A stretch of DNA of 64,000 bases from Octopus sinensis (taxonomy: Eukaryota), in contig NC_042998.1 in the NCBI RefSeq assembly GCF_006345805.1, positions 100,688,001-100,752,000 on the forward strand. Direction: 5' to 3'. Shown here in pieces: positions 13,156 through 27,275 of this stretch (the first letter of the stretch is position 1; every line of letters begins with the position of its first letter). The notes under the pieces are model-generated. The model had not been told where the DNA came from. It worked only from the letters and a program-made list of their open reading frames with translations, and searched no databases. The position numbers and the translations under genes are program-made.

Positions 13156-16100
13156 TCACTGCCTGGAATCAAACTCAGAATCTTGGGGTTAGTAGCCCGC
13201 GCTCTTAACCACTATGCCATTTGTCCAGGGTTATAGAATGGGCCACTGGGAGTAGGAAGGTGAATGTGGCAACAGTGACTGATGACAGACTGACAATTTA
13301 GTAATATTATCAAACATTGCAAGTCACATGGCAGTGTAACTCAATTTTATTACTGATAGAGGGATTAAAAAAATAAAGGGAGGGATTACCTCATGGGAGA
13401 GTGGCATCACCTGATTTACTAACTTCAATGCCCTCAAATCTTACAAAAAAAAAGAAAGAATGTATATAAATATCAAAGAGAATTGATTCTAATACTTACT
13501 TTACAATTGTGAAATTTCTTGACGCTATCATAACAGTTGCAGAAGATCCAATATTTAGCTTGGTTCCAGTGATAGTACATTTTGTGCCACCAGATTTAGG
13601 TCCAAATTTTGGAGTAAAATTATAGATTTCTGGCTTCTGTAATTTATGAAAAAGATGATAATAACAATGAAAACAAGGTGACTAAAAGCTCGAATAGTGA
13701 AATATAAATGATTTCTTTTGAGTAGGAACAAAAGGGGTAGAATTTACACTACCCCATGGTCCTTGGGTAACATTAAGAAAGTCTATTCCATGGCATTTAG
13801 ATATCAAAGACTGGTTGTCAAATCATCTGGGATTATTAACTTGAGATGATCTAGCATCTTATTCTGCAGAAAATGTATCTCTTGTCTACATCTTAATGTC
13901 ATGAAATCAAGACTAAGACTTTTATGCTTCTATCAAGTGGTGGAGTCAATATAAGTGACCAATCTTAAGGCTGTGAACTGGAAGAATCGTTAGCACTGGA
14001 ATTTTGTCTGTCTTTACATTCTAAGTTCAAATTCCACTTGAGGTTGACTTTGTTCTTCGTTCTTTGGGGTTGATAAAATAAGGACCAGTTGAGCATTGGT
14101 GTCTATGTAATTGACTTACCCATCCCCTGAAATTGCTAGATTTGTGCCAAAATTTGAAACCAATATGACTGACTAACCTTTCCCCGCAAATTTCACGCCT
14201 TTGTAAGAAACTATTATTAAGAGCAGTGGATTGACATAATCATAAGAGTATCAGCGAAAAGTACCTTGTGGTATCTACTTTGACTTTTTATATTCTAAGT
14301 ACAGCTTCTACTAAAGCCATCTTTGCTTTCATTCTTTCAGGTTTGATAAAGTAAAAGTCAAGTCCTAGGGTTGATTTAACTGAATAAGCCTTACCCCAAA
14401 ATTTCTGGCAATAACGTTTGTAACCCAAACTATTGAAGAAGCTTCTATGTAGCTGCTTAATATGCAAGAAATTGCACCCAAATCTCCCTCAAACTGCACA
14501 CTGCTGTCTTAAAGACAGGACACATAAGGTAGTACACAAAATCATGGGGTGGTTATGGCTGGAACATCTTGACTGTAGGTCTGTTTGATCAGAGTCAACA
14601 GAGTCAAAACAGTGACATATCCATTAACCCTCTAAAGCAGTAGGCTGTGAAAGTACTGAAGAAGACATTGTAACCAATGTATAAGACTGTACATCATGTG
14701 ACTAGTTAGAAATTACAATTAAATCTCTCTCAAATTGCACCTCACCATCTTAAAAACTGAGAAGTTACTCAGAATATTACCATTCTAAAATGAGGGATAC
14801 CCTGTCTAGATCCATTTACAAGAGTTAGTTTAAGCTGAACAGGAGAAACAATTATTAAGAAAACTTGTTTTTTATCAATCTTTATTTTATTGATCTGTTC
14901 CTAAATCCATTCTTTCATTTCATCACAGTGGTATTGTGATAATTTTAATTGGTTTAATCATGACAGTGATGATCATCAGCATCACCATCATTTAATGTCC
15001 ATTGTCAATGCTAGCATAGGATGGATGGTTTGATTAGGGCTTATAAGCTGAGGGGCTGTATCAGATTCCAGTCTCATTTGGCATGGTTTCTATGGCTGGA
15101 TGCCCTTCCTAATGCCTACCACTCAGAGTATAATGGGTGCTTTTATGTAACGGTTACATGACACTGGCATTGGCACGGTGCTTTTTATGTGCCACTGGTA
15201 TGAGTGCCAGTTATGTGACACCAGCATCAGCCACATTGCTTCCATGATGATGATCATTATCATCATCACTATTTTTCTTATCATCTCATATTCTTATCAC
15301 TAGCATTCTTTTCATCTTACCAGCAACTTTAATTTTCAGAATTTTAGTGTAAATCAGAAATGATTAGTCTTCATCTAATGTGGATATTCAGAACAAGAAT
15401 ATACATTGATACTGAGGATAAATTCCAAAAGGGGAAAAATCAAGGAATATGTCTCTATATTATGGGTATACGTACATAGAAATAGAAAAATTCGTCGCTG
15501 CTATTTTGTCCATTGATGTTTGGTTGATTTGACACTTTACTGAGTGCTTTTGCTGTTACGTGAATACTGCTTACATTATCTTTCTGCTTCTGAGTCAGGC
15601 ATTTAATCCTGAAATTATATATAACAAAAGAAAAAGGTAAAGCCATTCAAGTGAAAGATATTAAAACACGTGAGTTGTCATTGTTTAGCCGTGAGTTAAC
15701 TCTGACCAACAAGTATATGAACACAGACATTCTAGACCAGTGGTTTTCAAAGTGGGTGGTACTGCCTCCAATGGGGCTTTAGGTATATTGAAGTGGGTGT
15801 TAGGCTTTAGGGGTTGGTGGGGTAACATAATTAACATGCTAAATTTTATCAATACTAGTAATTATATCACTACTAGTAATGATTATTAAAATAAAATGAG
15901 AAATAAGTAGTGTGTTGTTATTTCTAGCAGGTTGAGCAATTGTGTAGAATTAACATAGTTGCTTGACCTGCTGTATCAGGTTGAGTAAAAAGTAAGTAAC
16001 GTTTGGTACCATGAAGAATTTGTAGCGGATTTTTGCAGTGTTTTGAATTTTTTTGAAACATTTTTTGCATTTGTCAGATAATACAGACATAGACTTGCAC

Positions 16101-18285
16101 AAATGCATCAATAAATTAACATTGATATTTTTTCACTGTTGTTACAATCATCTGAAATGGAACTGTCAAAATGCGATATTCGAGCAATTTTGCTATTCAA
16201 CTTCAAAAAATGACATAAAGCAGCTGAAACTGCTCGCGATATCAATGAAACAATTGGTGAGGAAATGACCAGTGAGTGGTCAGCTCGAATATGGCTTAAA
16301 CGATTTTGCAGTGTAAACCTGATCCTTCAAGATGGTGAGCATAGTGGACACCCATCTGTCATCGATGATGATCAATTAAAGACAGTCATTGAAACAGATC
16401 CACAGAAAACCACTTGAGAAATGGCAAAAGAACTTCAAGTTAGCCAGAAAACTGCTGGCAACCATTTGCATGCGAATGGGAAATAAAAAAAAAAACTCGA
16501 CAAATAGGTATCACATGATTTAAATGAAAATCAGAAAATGTGCAAATATGAAATTTGCTTGTTGCTTCTTCTCCATAACCAGACCGATCCATTTCTTGAC
16601 CGTATTGTAACTTGCAATGAAAAGAGGATTCTGTACAATAATAAAAGATGTTCTTTGCAGTGGTTGGACCAAAATGAAGCACTGAAGACCTTCCCTAAAC
16701 CTGAGCTCTTCAAAAAGAGGGTTATGATGACTGTTTAGTGGTGTACTGCTGGACTTATCCACTATAACTTCTTAAAACCTGACAAAAACCATTACTGCAG
16801 AAACATATTGCCATGAAATTACCAAAATGAACGAAAAACTGCTACTCCTCCACCCCAGACTGGTCAACAGAAGAGGGCTAATCATTCTTCATGACAATGC
16901 TTGACCACACGTTTCACTTATGATGCTCCAAATATACACAAATATATACATGCATGTATATGCTCTGAGTGCTGAAACAGCTACTCAACCACTCAAATGT
17001 GGAAGTGATATAAGGCCTTTGATAAAGTCGATCATGAAATGACATGTCACAAACTGCGTGATCTCGGCATAGTTGGAAAATTGGGAGATAGCTTCATGAC
17101 TTTCTAAAGGATAGAAGGCAGTGGGTAGTAGCCAATGGGGCCACCTCCAATGACACACAAATAGTGAGTGGTGTTCCACAAAAGCACTGTTCTGATGGCT
17201 CTCTCAGACATGCCCTCAGTCACACAGAGAGCCATAATCACAAGTTATGCAGATGATACAAAATTTTCACAGGGAATACAGAACCCTGAAGACACTATGC
17301 ACCTGCAATATGAGCTGGATGAAATATACAAGTGGGCTGAAAAGAATAGCATGCAGTTTAATGCTGAAAAGTTTCAAGCCTTGTGCTATCCGCATGCAAA
17401 ACTAAATGTAATACCCATTAAATACACTGGACCTGGAGGGATTGCAATCAAAGAAGCACAGTTAGTGTGAGACCTGGACATTTACATGAGTAATGATGCA
17501 TCCTTCCATGTGCATGTTGCTAAATTAGCAATGAAATGCAGGCGGCTGACCGGATGAATTCTTAGAACTTTTAGAACAAGAGATCAAGAAACCATGATGG
17601 TCCTCTAGAGGACACTTGTCCTAAGCCACTTTGACTATTGCTCTCAGCTATGGTCACTAACCAGTGTCAAATTAATCTCAGAACTTGAGGCAATCCAACG
17701 AAGCTACATGAAGAAGATAGCCTCTATGCAGCATATATACTACTGGGAAAGACTCAAGAGATTAAGACTATCCCTTAGAGCATAGGCAAGAAAGATATGC
17801 CATAATATACATCTGGAAGATCTTGGAAGGACTTGTCTCAAACTTTGGCATGGAGAGTTACACAAATACTAGAACTGACTACCACTGCATAGTGCCAAGG
17901 ACTCCAAATTTGCCATCAAGATATAGGACAAGATACTGGGCTATATAGAACCACAGCTCTTCAATATCCTCCTGAAGGACCTGAGAGACCTGCATGGGGT
18001 GGATGTAGGTGTCTTCAAAACAAAGTTGGACCTCTTACTGTCAAGTGTCCCAAATGAACCAGCTTTGCAGCAGGAGGTGCAGATGAGGGCAGCGGCATCA
18101 AACTCCCTTATGCACCAAATGTCAATTACTAAAAAGCATTCATGAAGTATGTAGCAACACCAAATGGCAGTGCCCCAGCATGGCCACAGCTTGTGTGCTG
18201 AAATTGCATCATATCTGTGCTCTTATTGTACTGAACTGAATGTATATATACAGATATATATGTATATATGAATACATATATATAT

Positions 18286-18326
<41 letters not shown>

Positions 18327-19785
18327 CTATATATATGCATGCATATATGCGTACACATATATATATACGTACATGTATACATATACATAAAAGAAGAAAA
18401 GCAGCTGGAAATATACCACTTGTGCTGACCTGTAATCCTCATACTTGCAACTTCTGTGGGCTCCTTTGCAAATCATTGGCAGGACTCAAATTTCACATTC
18501 AACATAAACGTTATGACTGACAAAGAAAGTGCAGGTTGTCAGATCCTCATACATCAAAACTGATGGGAGAGTCCATCATATGCATGTGTGTGTGTATGGA
18601 TGTGTGCATGCATGGGTGTGAATGTGTGCTACTGTCTCCTTGCCTTGACATTGTGTGATAGCTGCATATGAGTGTCATTGTCATTACAGTGCTCTTCATG
18701 ACGAAATTTTCTGTGGAAACATGACAGGTCATGGTGAAATATTACCTTGTCTGGAAACAGGTGAAGGTTTGTGACCGGAAGGGCATCTATGTTTAGAAAA
18801 TATGCCTTAACAAATTCTGTCTAACTTAAGCAAGCATTGAAAAGTGAACATTAAAACAATGATGAGATCTAAATCCTGCTAGTTTTTTCTTTATTAAGTT
18901 CCAGGTCTTTACAATTTCTACTCATCTAATGACAACAATAACAAATAAAGTGGAAACTCATATAAGCTTACATTGTCTCGTTATATTGTAGTACAGTACA
19001 TTCTTTGTCTTTGATATGGACCTGAATGTGAGCATTTTCATCATTTTTATTGGTGAAATAATCACCTTTGATGGTCAAGACTGTTTTGCCCTCAAATGGA
19101 CCGGATTTTGGATAAATCTAAGAAAATTGAAAACAAAAAAATTTCTTTTAAAATAAGTTCTTAGTTTATGCAAGTATTAATTGTATAGTTCTAAAAACTT
19201 AGATGTTTGTATCTAATCTTTAGGGTAGATGCCATCATTTAGAGTGACAGACATAAGTAGAGGAAGTCAGTAGAATTAGGCAGTGTATTCCAGCTCAGGG
19301 TGCTAATACTCACACAGAGTAGTAAAATACATTTTAGAGGGCACTGGAAATTAAATTAACCCTTTAGCATGTAGATTGCTCATATCTAGCCTAAGTTTTC
19401 TATTTTTTATGTTCAAATCGACTAGATCCAGCATCTCACATCTACTCTACAATGTCATTCTAAAATGAAATTTCTTCGAAATGATTAATTTTTTTTTAAT
19501 GTGAATAAATAAGTATTACATTTGATCGGTAATCTGAATGCTAAAGGGTTAAACATTACCTTCATTTGAATACTAATATGGCAAATTTAAGGTGGGGTGC
19601 TGGACTGACAAAAAAGTTAGGCACTGCTGGACTAAATGATTTAACACAATATTAGTGGATAAGGGCAGTAAACTGGTACTGTTAATTCTTTATTCACCAA
19701 ACAACTCTCTACAAATACATCAATTTGCATACTTACATTATCAATTGTAACTCAGTTACAATTATACATATACATATATACACAC

Positions 19786-19846
<61 letters not shown>

Positions 19847-19898
19847 ATATACGTATATAATATACTTCACAATGCTTCACCAAAACTACATTTTAATG

Positions 19899-19969
<71 letters not shown>

Positions 19970-20360
19970 CATCATCATCATCATGACTTGAACTTTCTTT
20001 ACATGCACTGCCCTCCATCACCTAATCAATTAATAAAAAGTTTAAAATATATGTATATAAAGAAGGAAAAAAAAAAGATGATTCTTACAGATGTTATAAC
20101 AGGTTTACAGAAATCGGGATACCATGCAATTTCCTTGCATGCAGAGTGTGTTGTGCACTTATTCTTACACCAGCCACATTTTATAACATCGTTTGCTGTT
20201 ACACAGGTTCGACAACTTGAATAAACACTACAGGAGACGAGTGGAAATCGAGTCACCTGAAATATAATAATAAAAAAGAGAAGTAGTCATTTTCAAACAT
20301 AAATAAATGAATAAATATTTAATATCTTTAATTAGCAGTCCAACAACTGTTCATCATCAC

Positions 20361-20412
<52 letters not shown>

Positions 20413-23400
20413 GTTTAACGTCTGCTTTCCATGCTAGCGTGGGTTGGACGTTTTGACTAGGGTCTGGGAAGCCAGGAGGCTGCACCAGGGTCCAGTCTGC
20501 TCTGGCAGAGTTTCTACAGCTGGATGCCCTTCCTAACGCCAATCACTCTGTGAGCATAGTGGGTGCTTTTTACATGCCAGGCGAGGCTGGCAACAGCCAC
20601 GATCGGTTGGTGCTTTTATTGGATATCAATGGATATCAATAAAATAAGTAAGAAACTAAAATAAGTTCTGTGACTGATATGATCACTTAAACCTTTGAAG
20701 GGGAGTCTCAGCATAGCCGTGGCTCAATGTCTGAAACCATTAAAAGTATAAAGTAGAGTGTATGTGTGTGTGTGTGTGTGTGCTGTACAATCAAGTAAAG
20801 GAATGAAAGAATGTGTATATGATTGAGTATACTATTCAACCTATGTATCATTTTAAAGAAAATGACACATTAGATAAAGTAGTCTTACTTACCGCTAAAG
20901 AAATGGTACAGGCAGAGATAGAATACCTTTGATCAAAGGTTCACTCAATCACAGCTGACCTTGGGGCAATCAATACAACCAATAGCAGTAACATTGGCAT
21001 GTAGTTAAAAAGTTCATCTCACAAATATGTAGTTTCACTTTTGATTCTACTGTTTCATATCATTTCTACTTGGTACACAACACAGATTTCAAGCTATGTT
21101 TTTTGACTGGTTGTAAGTGCCGTACATTTACTAAACTAGTTCTCATTGTGAAGGAGGGCTACCACTACCATTTAACGTCCACTTTCCATGCTGGCATGAG
21201 TTAGATGGTTTGACTAACACTGATAAGCTGGAGAGCTGCACCAGGTTCCAGTCTGATTATTTGGCATGGTTTCTACAGCTAGGTGCCCTTCCCAATGCCA
21301 ACCATTCTGAGAGTATAATGGGTGCTTTTTACGTGCTACTAGCATGGGTGCTATTTACATGAAACTGGGAATGGACACAACTACGGTTTCACTTGGCTTG
21401 ACAAGTCTTTTCAAATACAGAATATCGTCAAGGTCCTGGTCACTTGTCATCACCTCCATGAGACCCAGTATTCAAAGATCATGTTTCATCACCTCATCCC
21501 TCGACTCCATGAGGCCCAATATTCACAGATCCTTTTGCAGATCATGCAACAGCCATGATTACAATTTCACAAGTGCCATTTACATGACTCCAGTAACGGT
21601 CACGATTATGATTTCACTTGGCTTGATGAGTCTATGTAACTGAATATTTGAGAAGTTAGAAATATTGTTGGTTGAATTGCTGAAGTGTAAGAGAAACTAC
21701 ACTGTCCAGACCAGTAGTCATCAAGAGGTAACAATTTCACAATGTTTGCTAGAGCTGATGGCATTAGTTTTGTATCACATGTCCTTGGATTTTTGAGCAC
21801 ATAGAAGTGGTTGAAGAAGAATTTTTCTGATAACAGAAATTAAATAATCTCTGAGCTCCTACCTCTGCTGGTAACAAAGGGCCTCTTGCTTGGAGTGAAA
21901 GACAGACTGTATGATGCCTGTGTGCAAACAGCCATGCTACACAGCAGTAAAACATGGGCTGTGACTGCTGAAAACATGTGTAGCCTTGAAAGAAATGAAA
22001 CTAGTATGTTCCACTGGATGTGTAATGTCAGTGTGCATACATGATAGAGTGTAAGCACCCCAAAAGAAAAGTTGGACACAAAAAGCATCAGATTTGGCAT
22101 GCAAGAGAGATGACTGTGCTGGTATGGTCATGTGTTGCATATGGATGTGGACAATTGTGTGAAGTATCACACTCTAACAGTGGAGGGAACCTGTGGAAGA
22201 GGTAGACCCAGGAAGACATGGTATGAGGTGGTGAAGCACAACCTTTGAACAATGGGACTCACAGAGGTAATGACATGTGGCTGAGACCTTTGGAGATATA
22301 CTGTGCTTGAGAAGACCCGGCAAGCCATGAGATTGTAGTCGTGGCTAATGACAGTGTTGTATAATTTGGCCTGTTTAAAAGTACCCTTCAAGATGCCGTG
22401 CTTGTGAAAACCTGTTGAAATGAGTGAAATTGTAGTTGTGGCCAATGCCAGTTGGCACCTGTGCCAATGGCAAATAAATAGCAACATTTGAATGTGGCTG
22501 ATGCCAGTGGCGCCTGGCCAGCACCTGTGCCAGTGCCATGTAAAAAAGCATCATTCAAGCATAACTGATGCCAGTGCTGCCTCACTGGCGCCTGTGCCAG
22601 TGACATGCAAAAAGCACCATTTGAGCATGGTTGATGCCAGTACTGCCCGACTGGCTCCTGTGCCAGTGGAATGTAAAAAGAACACACTACACTCTTGGAG
22701 TGGTTGACATTAGGAAAGGTATCCAGCTGTAGAAACCTTACTAAAACAGATTGGAGCATGGTGCAGCCTCCCGCTTGTTAATCCTCAGTCAAACCGTCCA
22801 ACCCATGCTAGCATGGAAAGTGAACATTAAACGAGGATGATGATGATGATGATGATGATGGTCCTGAAATACTGCTGACTGTTTTAATATTTAAAACCTT
22901 TTGGCTTAGCAAAGCCTACAGTTTTGTGACATAAGTATGAAATGGTTTTATTGATGGTTTTTGGAAGGGCTCCAGTCTTAGGTACTTAAGGTTTGCTAGG
23001 AAATCTACTGATCTTCCAGCTAATTTGTCTGAAAACTTAAAGGACAAGAATTGAATTGGTGTGCCTTCTGGTCTGAAAGGGTAGGTTCTCTTAAAACAAG
23101 ACACTCCAGGACTTGCTACAATTTTTTTGACAACAATGCCCATGTTGACAAATACGAACAGACTTAGCTGGTGTGTAGTGGACACAGCTTCAGCCATTCA
23201 CCAAATATTATCTGACTGATTGTGCATGTACCTTATGTGCATGAAACTTCAAATAGCAATTGAGTGAATCCTCAGCAGGATTTGAACACAGAAATGTGAG
23301 GCTACAAACTTGATATAACATATCATGACTAATGCTGTGTTATTTGCATTGACACAATCCCTTTGATATTTGTCACCTCTAGACCAATAAATATTGCGAC

Positions 23401-25053
23401 TTTTATCAGATGATTCACTGAAAATGTGTGACATTCACAAAAACTGGATTAATAGGTAGGTAATTAGAGTATGAGTTAACTAAGTGTGCCAATATGGAAA
23501 TTACCTTAGAACCACTTAGCACATAAGCTGTTTTGTTCCCTATTAATTCGAGGTCCCTTTCAATTGGATGACCACTTCCTTCACTCACATCATAATCCAT
23601 TACAATGTGAAACATATTTTCTGGAGTAGTTTTTCTCTGAAAGGAAAAAAAAAATGGCTTAAGTTTTGACAATAACTTCAGATAGTCAATGAACAGATGA
23701 ATAGGTAGATTAAGGACTTCAGAAAAAGATTTGATTCTTGATTGATTTACATTCCACTTTTACTATCCTTCAAGTGAGTCACTGTTGGAGTTCTTATGTG
23801 ATCACTCTAACTGCTAGAAATAGCAGTAAAAAAGCCCTGCAAAAGAACTCAGAAGGTTGGACCTCCAACCAGGCTTTTCACAATACCCTTAAGACCAGGG
23901 TTTCAATAAGATCTGTGAGCAATTCAAAATACTTGTAGTTTTGTAACTATACATGATAGAACTAAATTGCACTCTCACTTTATAGACATCCTGTATATGT
24001 GTTTGTGTGTGTGTGCGCATGTGTTTGTTCTCCATCACTACTTGACAACCACTGCTGGTTTGCTTATGTTCCCATAACACAGCAGTTCCACAAAAAGCGA
24101 CCAATAAAATAAGTACCAAGTTTAAAAAAATTACTGGGGTCAATTCAGCCAACTAAAAATTCTTCAAGGCTGTGCCCCAGCATGACCACAGTCTAATGAC
24201 CGAAACAAGCATAAGATAAAAAGATAACTGAATGATAAAAACATTTTCTTTTTTTAATTTTAAAAAAAGAATTATCATTGTCATCTTCCTTTTTTTATGT
24301 CTGCCTCTCTTACATAAGCATGCGTTGGATGAGACTTGAAATGAGGTAGTATTCTACAACCAGATGTTCTTCCTATTTCTTTATTACCCACAAGGGGCTA
24401 AACATAGAGGGGACAAACAAGGACAGACAAACGGATTAAGTTGATTAGATCGACCCCAGTGCGAACTGGTACTTAATTTATCGACCCCAAAAGGATGAAA
24501 GGCAAAGTCGACCTCGGCAGAATTTGAACTCAGAACGTAGCGGCAGACAAAATACCGCTAAACATTTCACCCACCGTGCTAACGTTTCTGCCAGCTCACC
24601 GCCTTACAACCAGATGTTCTTCCTATCATTGACTTACTTGTTTCCAGGTTAGGTACTTATTCCCGTGGAATTTCAAACAAACTGCATAGAAGCTGGACAA
24701 GATTTTATAGAAAATGTGCTTGATCAACAAGAGCCACTGGAGAGAAGAAAGGAAAGGAAAAAGAAACAAAACTTACAATTTTCAGTAAATGACCATCTTT
24801 TGTTCCAAGAAGATAAACTGGGCGGTGCTCCGCGGTATAGAGTTGTATAGCAGTTATGTAAGTGGATAGATTGAATGAAGCTGACTCTGCCATCGGCATT
24901 TTTCTAGAAATGTACACGTTGTCAGCAATACCACATGTTTCCTCTGTGATACCATCGTGCGCCTGTTAAACAGAAAGATATCGGTTTCTGAATCAAGAAA
25001 AATGATAGACAGGAAGATAATGTAAAAACATAACAGTGGTGGTATGAATGATG

Positions 25054-25084
<31 letters not shown>

Positions 25085-25187
25085 GGAGGAGGAAACTGAG
25101 TGGCACTCTGGGCAAGTGTATTTTACTATTGTCCCAGGTTGAGTAAAACTTTATGAATGTGGTAAATGGAAAAAGACTATTGCATGT

Positions 25188-25222
<35 letters not shown>

Positions 25223-26778
25223 CATGTATATGTATGTTCATGTATCACTGAATGTCTGTGTTTGTTTACATCTCCCTTCTACAAAAGTTGTAACATATGA
25301 GCAGTGTTATTGCCAATTTTCCAGTCAACAAATCATCCTCTTGCTTTGTCTTCAAAGCTATATAGAAAAACAGATAAAAGTTAGCTGCAGCAAGAGCATT
25401 CAACTCTCTCTTTTACTCTTTACTCTTTTACTTGTTTCAGTCATTTGATTGTGGTCATGCTGGAGCACCGCCTTTAGTCGAGCAAATCGACCCCAAGACT
25501 TATACTTTGTAAGCCTAGTACTTATTCTATTGGTCTCTTTTGCTGAACCGCTAAGTTAAAGGGACGTAAACACACCAGCATTGGTTGTCAAGCGATGTTG
25601 AGGGGTGGGGACAAAACCAGACACACAAACATATACACACACATACATATATATATATATATGCATATATATGGCGAGCTGGCAGAAACGTTAGCATGCC
25701 AGGCAAAATGTGTAGCTGTATTTCGTCTGTATTTCATCCTTTCTGGGTCAATAAATAAAGTACCAGTTTCGCACTGGGGTCTATGTAATCGACTGTCAAG
25801 GGACAGATTAAAACTATAGCCTCCAAATAGAATTGGTTCTTAAAATGGGTTTTTTCAGTTTCCATCTACCAAATTTCAATCTCAAGATTTTGGTCATCCT
25901 GAGGTTATAGGAAAAAATATTTTCTCAAAAAGCTGTGCAGTGATATTGAACTAAAAAAAACCTTGTAATGCAAAAGGGAAACTGCTGAAGCACTCACCTA
26001 TTCTTGTGCCTATGTTATAGCTGTCACACTACATAAGTTAATGCTATTCATCAACTGCATTGATTTTATTAATCTAGGATGATCATTCGATGATTTTCCA
26101 AATATACCTACTAAATCTTTCTACCACACTGGTTTATGAATGATGGACTGCATGCATGTGGTGGGGTCCTTGATGTAGGAGTTTCAGAGTTTTGAGGATA
26201 GTGGAACCACTACCTATCCATTATTGTTCCCAGATCTACTCTGACCCAGAGTAGTAGCAACTGCTAGGGTTCCAGCTATGGGTTGACTAGCATGTTTGCT
26301 TATGAGTAGATGGAGTTTGTCAGCCTGAAAGACAGTCTTCTAGGAGAGGAAAACTCTGATGTAAAACTACTGCTTCCATGTGAGCTGATGCAAACAAGGT
26401 GGATCTTGATTACATCTGAGAAATCTCATAGCCCACTGCAACCATCCTAACCAGATACAGTATGTTCCGAATCCCAGTAGTGCTGCTGGTGAAGGTGGGT
26501 GGCCAAGCACATGGGGCTTGTGATCACAACACATAGTCCACCCTAAGCAAACTCATGTGAAGGCCATCTGCAGTTTGAACAATGAACTTCTCTGTGCCTT
26601 TCTTTAAGTCCAGTAGCGATGGTAAACCAGGTAATGGGGACAGGTTTGGTCAGCAAGAAACCCCTAGTCTCAAGCCACATCCTGGTAGATTTTTACTCAT
26701 CAAGATGGAGAGGCTCAGTCACTTGCTACAGATCTACTACTTGGATACAAGTTGATGACGCTGTTCACCTTCCATGCT

Positions 26779-26829
<51 letters not shown>

Positions 26830-26832
26830 GTA

Positions 26833-26883
<51 letters not shown>

Positions 26884-27237
26884 TATATATGCATTTTCGT
26901 TGATTTTTCATATTTTACCCTTACATTTCCACGTGTATTTTATATTTTCTTTTCGTAACATATTTCTACTATATATATACTTTATTTTAAGCAGCAGAAA
27001 ATTCAACAAAATCTGTTACTCTGAGTTTCTCGTTGCCGTTCATCAGACAGTTTTTGCTAGAATGGAACTGATATATCAGTTCCATTCTAGCAAAAACTGT
27101 CTGATGAACGGCAACGAGAAACTCAGAGTAACAGATTTTGTTGAATTTTCTGCTGCTTAAAATAAAGCATATTACTCTACCACTGGTATTTGAGTACTCT
27201 TTTTTCCACCTTGTTTCACATTTATGTGTTTACTCCG

Positions 27238-27275
<38 letters not shown>

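Noticed and set aside
27138-27269. N-terminal [10 protein letters not shown]...YIYIY of the 959-aa ORF as a real start
   Set aside because: It comes from the palindrome arm, flank and (TA)n; RTE homology starts at ~27270, so this copy lacks its true 5' end.
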